From: an uncultured delta proteobacterium
Lineage (GTDB): Bacteria > Desulfobacterota > Desulfomonilia > UBA1062
NCBI GenBank assembly: GCA_963752595.1
Contig: CAVVYZ010000009.1
Location: forward strand, 256,001 to 320,000
Reading direction: 5' to 3'
Length of the DNA: 64,000 nucleotides
A program made the position numbers and the translations under genes. Of the stretch, positions 52,566 to 64,000 are shown in pieces. How positions within the stretch are numbered: position 1 is the first letter of the stretch; every line of letters begins with the position of its first letter. The notes beneath the pieces are model-generated. The model was given only the letters and a program-made list of their open reading frames with translations. It searched no databases and had not been told where the DNA came from.

Positions 52566-53481
52566 TCACCCCTTCCTGCTGTGTCGTAGTAAAAAATCCA
52601 TGATCGCTTCCTGGATGTACAGCCTGTTCTGCGCCTGTTCCCAGACAACGGACTGATCTCCCTCCAGAACCGCCTCGCTCACCTCTTCACCCCGGTGGGC
52701 CGGCAGGCAGTGCATGAACACTGCTCCTTTCGCCGCGCCGGCCATGAGGGTTCCATCGACTTCAAAACCTTTGAACGCCCGCTGCCGGAACTCGGCCTCG
52801 TCCTCCTGTCCCATGCTCGCCCATACATCCGTATTGACGGCAACTGCGCCGGAGGCCGCTTCCACGGGGTCTCTCAACAGGCGACACCTTTGCACCCCGG
52901 CTCACCGCTGCATCGAGGACGCCCGGGTTCGGGTCATACCCTTCCGGACATGCCAGGTCGAGCTCGAAGTCGAGCAGAGCTGCGGCTTCTATCCACGAGT
53001 TCGCCATGTTGTTCCCGTCCCCGATCCAGGCTACTTTTTTGCCTTTCAGCGTGCCGAAGATATTTTCCAGGGTAAAGCAGTCGGCAAGCACCTGGCAGGG
53101 ATGCTGGAGGTCGGTGAGCGCGTTGATCACCGGCACGTCGGCCCACTGGGCCATTTCCTGTACGCGGTCGTGGCCGAAGGTCCGCATGACGATGCAGTCG
53201 CAGTAGCCTGAAAGGACGCGCGCCGTATCCCGAAGCGGCTCGCCCCGGGACATCTGCGATCCGGCGGGCGTGAGCACGATGGGATGCCCTCCCAGACGCG
53301 CCACCCCCACCTCGAAGGAGATACGTGTCCTGGTGGAAGCCTTCTCGAAGAGAAGCACCACGGACTTGCCCCTCAAGCTTGCAGGCGGGGTGCCCTCCTT
53401 ATACGTGCGGGCATTGGAGAATATCTCCCGTGCCTCGGCATTTGTGAGGTCGATAATCGTAAGGAAATCCCTGTGTGCCAT
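52566..53481 (-). CDS. argF: Ornithine carbamoyltransferase (frameshift at about 52884)
   Basis: [30 protein letters not shown]. Confidence 0.93.
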
Positions 53482-54645
53482 TATAGACCTTTCTCCTTCA
53501 AGAGTTCATGAATGATTGCAACGGCCTCGTCGCATTCATCCCTGCGAGATGACGAGAGGCGGAACGAGCCTGAGGATATTCGTCTGGATCACGTTGAGCA
53601 GGATCCCCTTTTTCAGGCCGCCTACGGGCAGCGAGCTGATGTCTGCATCGAATTCCACGCCGATCATGAGTCCCCGGGCCCTGATATCCCTGATGCTCGG
53701 GTGCAGGAGCCTGAGGCCTTCTATCTTGTCTGCAAGGTACCTGCCCGTCTCCCTGCTCTTTTGCGCGATCTCTTCTTCGACCATGACGGAAAACGTTGCG
53801 AGCGATGCGGCCATGGCAAGCGGGTTGCCGCCGAAGGTCGAGGCGTGGGAACCCGGAACGAACGCCTCGGCGATTTCGGGCCGCGCTACGACTGCGCCCA
53901 CGGGAAAGCCGTTCCCCAGGGCCTTTGCAAGGGTCATGATGTCCGGCACCACGTCTTCGAGCATGTACCCGAATAGCTCGCCCGTCCTGGCCATGCCGGT
54001 CTGCACCTCATCGAACACCAGGAGAAGCCCCTGGCTGTCACAGAGTTCCCTCACTCTCTCCAGATAACCGGGTGGAGGGATCCTCACCCCGCCCTCGCCC
54101 TGGATGGGCTCCATCATGATCGCGCCGATCGAATCGTCTATGGCGGATTTCAATGCCTCGAAGTCCCCGAACGGCACGGTGAGAAATCCTTCGGGCAGAG
54201 GTTCGAAGCCTTTCTTGACCTTGTCCTGGCCCGTGGCGGTGAGCGTTGCCAGGGTCCTTCCGTGGAAAGATCCGTTTAAGGTTATGATCCTCGGGCCTCT
54301 GCGGGAGATCGTGTTGCAGTACTTCCTCACCAGCTTGATCGCACCCTCGTTCGCCTCGGCTCCCGAGTTGCAGAAGAACGCTCTCGATTCGAAGCTGTTC
54401 TCCGCTATCATCCGGGCGAGCGTTTCCTGCTTGGGGATGCGGTATATGTTGGAGCAGTGGAACAACTCGAGGGCCTGCTTACGGAGGGCCTCGACCACCA
54501 CAGGGTGCGTATGCCCGAGGTTGCACACGGCAATCCCGGCAACCATGTCGAGATACTCGTTTTCGGAATCATCCCAGAGCCTGCAGCCGTGACCGCGCTC
54601 CAGCGCTACGGGCAGCCGGGAATAGGTATCCATTACGTGTCCCAC
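53481..54645 (-). CDS. argD: Acetylornithine aminotransferase (frameshift at about 53542)
   Basis: NSGAEANE, FHGRT, EPIQGEGG, DEVQTG, AKALGNG; removing one G restores QDECDEAVAIIHELLKEKGL*. Confidence 0.93.
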
Positions 54646-54652
54646 GTCTTCA

Positions 54653-55534
54653 TTACTCCTTTACGATCTGTGTGCCGATGCCGGAATCGGTGAAGAGTTC
54701 CAGGAGGATCGAGTAGGGGATGCGGCCGTCAATGATATGCGCCTTGTTTACCCCCCCTTCGAGCGCCCTCATGCAGCACTCCATTTTCGGGATCATGCCG
54801 CCGGTCACCACGCCGGTGGATATGAGCTTGTTGATCTGAGAATACTTCATGCTCGAGACGAGCTTGCCGTCTTTATCCAGAACTCCCTGCTCGTCGGTCA
54901 GGATGATGAGCTTTTCGACCTTCATGTGCCTGGCGATTTCTGCGGCAACGGTATCCGCATTGATGTTGTACGTCAGACCGTCATCGCCGACGCCCGAAGG
55001 GGCGATGACCGCAACGAACCCTGCCTTTTCCACGGCGTCGATGATCTCGGTATTGACGCCGGTGACCTCTCCCACATGGCCCATATCCACGGCCTCGACC
55101 TTGCCTTCCTTATCTTTCCTGGAATGAAAGAGCTTCCGTGCCCTGATGAGCCCGCCGTCTTTGCCCGAAAGGCCTACGGCCTTGCCGCCGTCTTTATTGA
55201 TGAGCTGGACGATCTCCTTGTTGATGCCGCCCGCGAGCACCATCTCCACCACGTCCATGGTCGCCGAATCGGTGACGCGCTTGCCGTCGATGAAGCTCGA
55301 CTCGATGCCGAGCTTGTCGAGCATGGTGTTGATCTGGGGCCCGCCGCCGTGCACCACGATCACCTGGATGCCGACATAGTGGAACAGGACGATCTGCTTG
55401 GCGAATATTTCTTTCAGTTCGGGGTTTACCATGGCATGACCGCCGTACTTGACGACGATCCTCCTGCCTCTGAAATCTTTGATGTAGGGAAGCGCCTCGA
55501 CGAGGATCTTTGCCCTGTTTATTGCTTGTTCCAT
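54653..55534 (-). CDS. argB: Acetylglutamate kinase
   Basis: VVKYGG, VHGGGPQI, YNINAD, GGMIPK. Confidence 0.96.
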   Translation of the reverse strand: MEQAINRAKILVEALPYIKDFRGRRIVVKYGGHAMVNPELKEIFAKQIVLFHYVGIQVIVVHGGGPQINTMLDKLGIESSFIDGKRVTDSATMDVVEMVLAGGINKEIVQLINKDGGKAVGLSGKDGGLIRARKLFHSRKDKEGKVEAVDMGHVGEVTGVNTEIIDAVEKAGFVAVIAPSGVGDDGLTYNINADTVAAEIARHMKVEKLIILTDEQGVLDKDGKLVSSMKYSQINKLISTGVVTGGMIPKMECCMRALEGGVNKAHIIDGRIPYSILLELFTDSGIGTQIVKE

Positions 55535-55689
55535 GGCATTTCCTTATCAGTTCTTAGAAAAATTTCCCCTTTCTTAACACCGCGCTCATAATTATTCCAG
55601 CATATTTGCGAAAAATGAGAAAGTGGACTTTTTACCGGATACAGAAGAAAAATGAAAGGATAAACTTGTTTCGGACCGTGAGACATGAG

Positions 55690-55727
55690 TCCCCTCTCCC
55701 GCCTGCGGGAGAAGGGACAGGGAGAGG
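55690..55727. repeat. REP-like GC-rich repeat (CCCCTCTCCC..GGGAGAGGG family)
   Basis: CCCCTCTCCCGCCTGCGGGAGAAGGGACAGGGAGAGG; single copy in this window. Confidence 0.6.
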
Positions 55728-55774
55728 ATATACCGGTAGAAAGCAAGATCCGGGTGCCCCCTCCCCTTTACAGC

Positions 55775-56563
55775 CTACTGGGCAGAGGCTTTGATGATCG
55801 AGCCCGAAATCATGCCCCAGTTGTTCTTCAGGACCATGTAGCGGGGAAGCTCGAGCGGGTCCTTGTTCAGGCTTAAGGGAGAGAGAACTCCGCCCCAGTT
55901 GATGGTAAAGGCATATGCATACCCTGAACTTTTAAGGGTCTTTTTCGTGATATCGCTCCGCACGCCGTTGGGATAGACAAAGGCAGAAATCCTGATCCCG
56001 AGATTCTTTTCCAGTAACTCTTTTGAGCCGGTTATTTCATGGATGAACTCGGCCTTGTCCTGATCATAGAATTTCTGATTCATGAGCATGTGATAATATC
56101 CATGGGCTGCGATGTCACAACCGTCCTGGACGAGTTCCTTGAGCTGCTCCCAGGTGAGCGCATAGGTTTTCTTCCCGATGATGTTCGGATAGATGGCAAG
56201 GAGAGGTTTGATGCCCAGAGGCTTCATGGTCTGCCGGTACGCCTCCAGGACGCTTCTATTGCCGTCGTCGATGACGACGAGGATATTCTGCGTCCCCGTT
56301 ACCGTGCCTTTTACGAGGTCTGAGTATGACACGAAGCGGAAGCCCTTACTCTTTAATGAATTCATCTGGGCGCGGAACTCCTCCACGGGGATATCGCTCG
56401 GAAAGGGCTTATTCCCGAGAAAGGAATGATAGCAGAGCACGAATACCTTCTGGTCTGCCGCAGGAGCATCGCTCCATCCGGCAAAGCATAAAGACAAAAC
56501 GATCAATCCTGCTGAAATGTAGGCTCCTATTCTTCCTTTTGAAGTTCCGATCTGATCCGGCAT
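55775..56563 (-). CDS. Polysaccharide deacetylase (CE4/NodB), exported
   Basis: VLCYH, VIDDG, AHGYYH, FVYPNG; N-terminal signal/TM segment. Confidence 0.88.
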   Translation of the reverse strand: MPDQIGTSKGRIGAYISAGLIVLSLCFAGWSDAPAADQKVFVLCYHSFLGNKPFPSDIPVEEFRAQMNSLKSKGFRFVSYSDLVKGTVTGTQNILVVIDDGNRSVLEAYRQTMKPLGIKPLLAIYPNIIGKKTYALTWEQLKELVQDGCDIAAHGYYHMLMNQKFYDQDKAEFIHEITGSKELLEKNLGIRISAFVYPNGVRSDITKKTLKSSGYAYAFTINWGGVLSPLSLNKDPLELPRYMVLKNNWGMISGSIIKASAQ

Positions 56564-56988
56564 GGCGCATCCTTTCTCTCACGTTGAGTGTTTGATCAGA
56601 CTGCTTTCTGTTCCTCTCTATAGCCCAAGAATTTCGTTTCCGCCAGGGGGATGATAGGGTGTGAAACCACCATTTTGCCCATGTCCCTGAGAAGAACATG
56701 AAATGATTATCAGGGCGAACGCAGTTATTTTAGGATCTTTGACAGACCGATTCCCTAAAATGTGCACAGTATCCCTTCTCTCCGGGGCGGCTCCCGGAGG
56801 TAATACCGGACATCCGTCCCCGCCTACGACTTTTCAACGGACATCACTTACACCCCGCCGGCCGGGGTGCTTTAAAATCCGGCCTTGTCTTGCAGGGATT
56901 TCGAAAAAGCGTTAAGATACGCCCAATGTCTCACCGTTGGGTACCCAAGGGACAGCGGCAGGAGAATTATTCGAGAGCAGCAGGTGAT

Positions 56989-58563
56989 ATGAAGACAACA
57001 GCACCCATCAACGCCCGCAAGCCGGGAAAAAAGACCGGCAAGGCGGCATCCGGCAGTGGAAATACCCGCAAAGATACGGTCGAAGTGATCGCAAATGCGG
57101 GCAAGACCATGGAGAAGCTCCACCGGATCGAGTCGGAACAGAAAAAGGATCAGCAAGCCCTTGAGGAGATTACGCATGCCCTCAAGGAGCGGGTGAAAGA
57201 GCTCAACTGCCTTTACAGCATATCGCACATCGTTGAAACCTATGGCCTGGACCTGGATATGATTCTCGACCGTTCCGTAGAAGTCATCCCCATTGCCTGG
57301 CAATACCCCGAGGTCACCTGCTGCCGCATACGCCTTGAAGGGACCCTCGTGCAGAGCCCGGATTTCGAGGAGACTCCCTGGAAGCTCTCCCAAAACATCG
57401 TGGTTGACGGCGAAGCCCTTGGCTTCCTTGAGGTTTTTTACCGTGAGGAAAAACCCGAGATGGACGAAGGTCCCTTCCTTGCCGAAGAAAGAAGCCTCAT
57501 CAAGGTAATAGCTGAGCGGTTCGGAAAGCTCGTCGATCGAAAGCGTGCCGAGGACGCTCTTCATGAGAGTGAGCTTAAAAATATCGCGCTCCTGAATGCC
57601 ATACCGGATCTCATGTTCCAGGTAGATGACAAAGGCACCCTGGTAGGGCTCCGTTCAGGGACTTTCATAATGCTCCGGGATCTCGAAGAGCGGCTCGTAG
57701 GAAGAAGCATCTATTGCCTGGCGGATGAAGAAGACCTGTTGCCCCGCCGGCTCATCGACCATGCCATGAACTCCGTACGGCGGGCCCTGGAAACAGGAAA
57801 TCCCCAGGTCTTTGAACAGCATACCTCCCTTAACAGCAAAGGCAGGGACTACGAGATACGCATGGTGGTATGCAGGCCTAACGAAGTGCTCGGCATCGTA
57901 CGTGACATCACGAGGAGAAAAAGGCTGGAGCGCGAGATCCTTGAAATAAGCAACCGGGAGCAGAGAAGAATCGGCCAGGACCTCCATGACAGCCTCTGTC
58001 AGCATCTTGCCGGCATCGGGTTCATGGGCAAGGTGCTCGAGAAGAAGATATCATCGAAAATCCCTGTGGAAACCGGCGATGTCCGGGAAATCGTCGATCT
58101 CATCGACCAGGCGATCACGCTCACCAAAGGTTACGCCCGCGGGCTCAACCCTATCCAGCTCGAGGCCGAAGGCCTCATGATCGCACTTGGCAAGCTCGCT
58201 GAGAATGTCCAAAGGCTTTTCGGCGTTACCTGCACATTTACCTGCACGTCGCCGATCTACATCCTTGATAATGAAATGTCCGCCAACCTCTACCGGATCG
58301 TACAAGAGGCATTGAATAATGCGATTAAACACGGTAAGGCGGATACGGTGTCTATCACATTGGAAAAAAATGGATCGACCGTACACTTGAACGTATGCGA
58401 CAACGGCATCGGCATCGGGAAAACAAAGAGGAAAGGGAAAGGCATGGGGCTGAACATCATGCGCTACCGTGCCTCCATGTTCGGCGCCTCCCTCGATATC
58501 AAGAGCCGTGTGCATGGCGGAACCGAAATCATATGCTCATTCCAGCTCTCGGAAGGGCACTGA
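56989..58563 (+). CDS. Cytoplasmic sensor histidine kinase (GAF-like + PAS + HisKA_3)
   Basis: ERVKELNCLY, NAIPDLMF PAS, EQRRIGQDLHDSLCQ, LYRIVQEALNNAIKH, DNGIG, GMGLNIM. Confidence 0.9.
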   Translation: MKTTAPINARKPGKKTGKAASGSGNTRKDTVEVIANAGKTMEKLHRIESEQKKDQQALEEITHALKERVKELNCLYSISHIVETYGLDLDMILDRSVEVIPIAWQYPEVTCCRIRLEGTLVQSPDFEETPWKLSQNIVVDGEALGFLEVFYREEKPEMDEGPFLAEERSLIKVIAERFGKLVDRKRAEDALHESELKNIALLNAIPDLMFQVDDKGTLVGLRSGTFIMLRDLEERLVGRSIYCLADEEDLLPRRLIDHAMNSVRRALETGNPQVFEQHTSLNSKGRDYEIRMVVCRPNEVLGIVRDITRRKRLEREILEISNREQRRIGQDLHDSLCQHLAGIGFMGKVLEKKISSKIPVETGDVREIVDLIDQAITLTKGYARGLNPIQLEAEGLMIALGKLAENVQRLFGVTCTFTCTSPIYILDNEMSANLYRIVQEALNNAIKHGKADTVSITLEKNGSTVHLNVCDNGIGIGKTKRKGKGMGLNIMRYRASMFGASLDIKSRVHGGTEIICSFQLSEGH

Positions 58564-58602
58564 AACGAACGAATAAAAGTCAATTGGTGAGGAGGAATAC
58601 AT

Positions 58603-59253
58603 ATGGGCCGCATGAGAATCATGATCGTGGATGATCACCCGATCCTTCGCAAGGGGTTGGCTATGGTTATCAACCAGGAACCGGATCTTACGGTTTCCGC
58701 AGAGGCTCCAGACGCCTCTACCGCGCTCGATATGATGGAATCGCACAAGCCCGATCTGGTGATGGTGGACCTCTCGCTCCCGGGCATCGACGGGATCGAG
58801 CTGATCAAGACCATGAAAATCAGATACAAGGATCTTCCCGCCCTCGTGGTATCCATGCATGATGAGTCGATCTTTGCCGAACGGGCCCTGAGGGCCGGTG
58901 CACGAGGATATATCATGAAGCAGGAGGCCGTGGAAAAGGTCCTGGTTGCCATCCGCAAGGTTCTGAACGGCGAGATCTTCGTGAGCGACAAGATTACCAC
59001 GAAGATGCTCGAAACCCTTGTCTCCAGCGATGCGAAACCCGTGAGCTCGCCGCTCGATCTCCTGAGCAACCGAGAGCTCACCGTATTCCGCATGATCGGT
59101 CAGGGCTTCAAGACCAGCCAGATCGCCGAAGAGCTCCACTTAAGCGTAAAGACCATAGAATCGTACCGTTCGCACATCAAGGAAAAGCTCAAGCTCGATA
59201 CCGGCACCGATCTCATGAAATATGCAATCCAGTGGGTGCAGAACGCGGCCTGA
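58603..59253 (+). CDS. NarL/FixJ-family response regulator (REC-LuxR HTH)
   Basis: IVDDHP, VDLSLP, GYIMK, LSNRELTVF..IAEELHLSVKTIESYR. Confidence 0.95.
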   Translation: MGRMRIMIVDDHPILRKGLAMVINQEPDLTVSAEAPDASTALDMMESHKPDLVMVDLSLPGIDGIELIKTMKIRYKDLPALVVSMHDESIFAERALRAGARGYIMKQEAVEKVLVAIRKVLNGEIFVSDKITTKMLETLVSSDAKPVSSPLDLLSNRELTVFRMIGQGFKTSQIAEELHLSVKTIESYRSHIKEKLKLDTGTDLMKYAIQWVQNAA

Positions 59254-59369
59254 AGAAAAAGAAATGCTTGAATGGGACGCCGGAATTGACAGATTGCGAT
59301 GCATCCGGCTCACAAGTCAAGCCTTCTTTGCCCAGCGGAACACCGCATCAAACAACGATTGCCACCCAA

Positions 59370-59433
59370 ATAAGGGATTGCCCCTATATCTGCATAGGGG
59401 TACCCCTTATGCAGATTCCAGCATTTCCCTGAT
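59370..59433. promoter_or_regulatory. Tandem palindromic sites upstream of gdhA
   Basis: ATAAGGGATTGCCCCTAT, ATAGGGGTACCCCTTAT and a degenerate ..TTTCCCTGAT, with an approximately 23-bp period. Confidence 0.55.
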
Positions 59434-59633
59434 TGTTAAACCTGCTTTTTTCGGGTTTTATAAGGGTAATTTTTCTCATAGCAAAAGAGTGGAAATAAAT
59501 TAATGCTTAATAAACTGATAGTTGCCAATCAAGGGGCACATCAGGGAATGGATGATTCTGCAAAGGTAAGGTGACGAAGTGAAACGGCTATATCGGAAAA
59601 GCTGTAAACCATACTAACTTAGAGGAGGAATAA

Positions 59634-60999
<1,366 letters not shown>

Positions 61000-61133
61000 T
61001 AAGTTACAAAGAGGATGGCGTATTCGTGCGTACGGTGGACACGAACCTGCTTTTATGAGTAAAGGCACGGCATGAAGCATATCATGTGCGCCGTTCTCCA
61101 CCTCCTTTTTCCCTGTCACTTCAACACGGCTTC

Positions 61134-61167
61134 CGGCCCGGGTTCTCACCCGGGCCGATCTTTCTTG
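61134..61167 (+). terminator. Terminator-like hairpin after gdhA
   Basis: CGGCCCGGGT-TCTC-ACCCGGGCCG followed by a T-rich tract. Confidence 0.65.
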
Positions 61168-61230
61168 TGCAGGCTTAAGCATCTCAAAGCCTCTAACTAT
61201 CGGTGAGCCGGTGCACCTCATGAGGCGCCT

Positions 61231-61878
61231 ATGGATCCGATCATGATGGATCGTGCGGCAAAATACGGCAGCAATGCATATCGTTTTCTCATCAAGCCCG
61301 AGGACACCCTCCTGCTGGTCATCAATATCCAGGAAAAGTTCCTTGCAGCCATGGAACAGGATCACCGGCAGACCTTTCTGAGGAACAATCAGGCCCTTAT
61401 CCGGACGGCCCATGCCTTGGACATTCCCATCATCGCAAGCGAGCATATGCCTGAGCGCTTCGGCAGGTTAGCGAGCGAAATCGACGAAACTCTCGGGGAT
61501 GCACTTCGGATCGCAAAGCTCAAATTCAGCTGCTGGCGAGAAGGCCGGATCATGGCCGAGATCAAAAAAACCTCCTGCAAGACCGTGATCGTTTCGGGCA
61601 TGGAGGCCCATGTATGCGTGCTCCAGTCGGTCATGGACCTGCTCGTCACCGGGCATTACCCCATTGTTGCCACGGATGCGGTCTGCTCGCGGTTTCTCTA
61701 TCACAGGGAAACGGCGGTAAAAGCCATGGCACAGGCGGGTGCGGTTGCCTACCCGACGGAAGCCATCGTGTTCATGCTTCTGGATACGGCCGGGACCCCG
61801 CTCTTCGAAGAAACGCTGAAGCTCCTGGATTTTAGATGCCCACCCCTTCCCGCATCAAAGGGGATCGTGAACGAGTAG
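61231..61878 (+). CDS. Isochorismatase-family cysteine hydrolase
   Basis: LLVINIQEK, KLKFSCW, GMEAHVCVLQS, DAVCSR. Confidence 0.88.
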   Translation: MDPIMMDRAAKYGSNAYRFLIKPEDTLLLVINIQEKFLAAMEQDHRQTFLRNNQALIRTAHALDIPIIASEHMPERFGRLASEIDETLGDALRIAKLKFSCWREGRIMAEIKKTSCKTVIVSGMEAHVCVLQSVMDLLVTGHYPIVATDAVCSRFLYHRETAVKAMAQAGAVAYPTEAIVFMLLDTAGTPLFEETLKLLDFRCPPLPASKGIVNE

Positions 61879-61905
61879 CGACTTTTTACGTGCTGAAAGC
61901 CGGGC

Positions 61906-64000
61906 TTATTCCGGGCTGAAACAGAGCGCCTCCTGGGAAAGGACGTCGGCATACAGGTAGTAATTCTCCTTACCAAGATCCTTCACCTTCACCACATGCT
62001 CGTATTTTGCCTGCTCGGGCAGAAGCGTGCCGAGGATATTCGGCCCGCTGTCGATGAACTCTTTATTGAAGAACGAATGGGAGGTCTCCGGAAATATCGC
62101 CACGTAGAAGATGTCCGTTTCCACGAGGTCCTGGAAAAAGTGCGTGCCGTACGAGAGCTCCGGCATGAGGCTTCCGCCCATATAGGCAAGCTCCACGATG
62201 ACGCTGATGTTGTTGATTTCGGAAAACCGGACGGGCACGCCCAGCGATGGCGTCGTGGTTCCCCATCTCCCCGGCCCGATGAGGACGGCAGGTGTCTTTT
62301 CCCTGTCGGATAGCCGGTTGATCTTCCCGATGAGCCGCGCGATGTCGTACTTCTCGGAGAGCGTGAGCTTGTGATAAGCTTCCGGTTCGACCATGATGAT
62401 GCGTCTGACCTGCTGATTCGCGCTTCCGCCCATGAAGCTCCCTTCGGAGCGGAAAATCACCTTCCCGTCCGGAATATTCCTCGGCACCACGACCCTCTTG
62501 CCTTCGCCCTTGGTCTGCAGCGGCCTGCACTGGACGAGGTTGACGGCAAAAGCGCTGTCTTCGGTGAAGTTGACCGTAAATTCGATATCCACCGGGTAGT
62601 CGTATGCCCGTTCAAGGGTTTTGAGCATCCTGTGCATGGTGTCGGGAAGGCTGCTTTCGGAAAGGAGCCGGTCAAACGTGACGATCCACCTGCTCCCGGC
62701 GCTCCCTGCCTCTTCCCTCATCATGTCTCCGGAATCCCTGTCCAGGGTGCCGATCAGATCGAGGTTCACCCTTGCATCCTCATTCATCACCTGGGAGGCC
62801 GGGACGGTCTCAAAGCTGTTCTTGGATGATATCGAGCACGTCGACATCGTGCTGGGAATACTTCCGGACTTCCCCGATCTCGCTGTACGGTTTGACCAGC
62901 GGGGCGTCCAGCGCAACGATCCGCGGGTAGTCGTTGTCCACCCGGTTCACTGCCCGCGTGCCCAGGCCCAGCACGAGCCGGATCATCCCTGCCTTGGGGT
63001 CCATGTCCTTCCTCCAGACGAAGGTATTGTAGGAGATCCCACGCCGGCCAGATCCGGGAAGAAATACTCTTTCCGGTACGACCCCGATACCCTCTGGACC
63101 AGCAGGGCCATCTGCTCGTCATGCTGGTCGAGGCCCCTCTGCAGGCGGTAGGTCAGGGCGTCTTCGTTCATCATGCTCGAATAGACCTGCCGCACGCATT
63201 CCCTGAAATTCTTGAACCGCTGTTCCGGGGTCCCCTGGTTGACGCAGAAGATGCTTTCGTATTTGCCGGCAAAGGCGTTGCCGAAGGCGTCTTCCAGAAG
63301 GCTGCTCGATCGGACGATGATGGGAGACTGGCCGAAATATTCGATCAGGTGCCAGAACTGCTCCTCGATCTCCTCGGGGAAGTCGCCTTCGAGCATGTTC
63401 TCCTGCAAGCGTCCTGGCCACTTCGAAATAGCCCTCCTTTGTCTTCTGCTCCATGCGGAGCTTCCACCAGCCGTTCTCGACGATATAGGTATAGAAGACA
63501 TCCGAGCCGATGTAGAAGGAGTCATGGGGCTCCAGGAGCGACCCCCAGTCGAATGACCCGTCTGAGCGAAAGGATCTTCCTGGCCAGCAGCATGCCCACG
63601 GCTTTGCCGCCGATGTAGCCGGTCCCGATGAGCCTCGATTTGATGTCGAGGAGATCTTCGAGGGTAAAGCTGCCTGCTTGCGAGGTCGAATATCCTGTGT
63701 TCCCGGCCGATCATGATCTCGCAGAGGTGGTCCGAGCATCGCTCCTTTTCTGCGGCTCTCCGCTCGTCGCTTACCAGATCTCTTCCACCGTGAGAAAGAG
63801 CCGGTCCCAGTAATCGAGGTTCCTCCTCGTCTCTTCCGGTATCCCGTCCGGAAATATAGGTGAAGAGCCTGCCCGACATCGACGCTGCTCGTGACGGGCA
63901 GGAAGCGTCCTCCTCGCATGCTTGTGGGGCAGGAACATGGTGGGCTTGTGCCGTCCCATGACCTTCAGCGGATGGACGTAGATGCTGTCTCCGTACGTTG
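61906..64000 (-). CDS. PEP/pyruvate-binding (PPDK_N ATP-grasp) domain protein, multiply frameshifted, 5' end outside window
   Basis: IGGKAVGMLLARKIL, IVRSSSLLEDAFGNAFAGKY, MALLVQ, GLGTRAV, PVDIEF, QCRPL, GPGRWGT, SYGTHFFQDL. Confidence 0.85.

Noticed and set aside
56760-56880. GC-rich hairpins in the deacetylase/kinase intergenic gap as an ncRNA
   Set aside because: Short stems are expected by chance at this GC content; no known RNA family signature.

Overview
GC-rich chromosomal window, most consistent with an anaerobic Desulfobacterota (Syntrophales/Desulfomonilia-like) organism; this is inferred from gene content. It holds a fatty-acid beta-oxidation operon (CoA ligase, acyl-CoA dehydrogenase, FadI, FadJ) and further acyl-CoA dehydrogenases, a GH57 branching enzyme, leuB and rnr. 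A selenocysteine-containing Tat-exported formate dehydrogenase (fdnGHI, with SECIS) is followed by a glutaredoxin and a ferredoxin:thioredoxin-reductase-like gene. A long argBDFGH-lysA-dapAB-folK superoperon, a NarL-type two-component pair, gdhA and a partial PEP/pyruvate-binding-domain gene fill the right half. Accessory and relic DNA includes an IS200/IS605-type right end with a possible TnpB omega/reRNA scaffold (341-570) and a truncated IS1182. It also includes an AT-richer island with two paralogous Cys-rich winged-helix/4Fe-4S proteins under a NemR-like TetR with visible operators, plus pdxT and tetR remnants. At least ten genes carry small indels, most likely long-read errors. I saw no rRNA, tRNA or CRISPR array. 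The best candidates for poorly described systems are the TetR-controlled Fe-S protein pair, the gdhA-linked PPDK_N-type protein with its regulatory site array, and the rnr/kinase/DUF1015 cluster.
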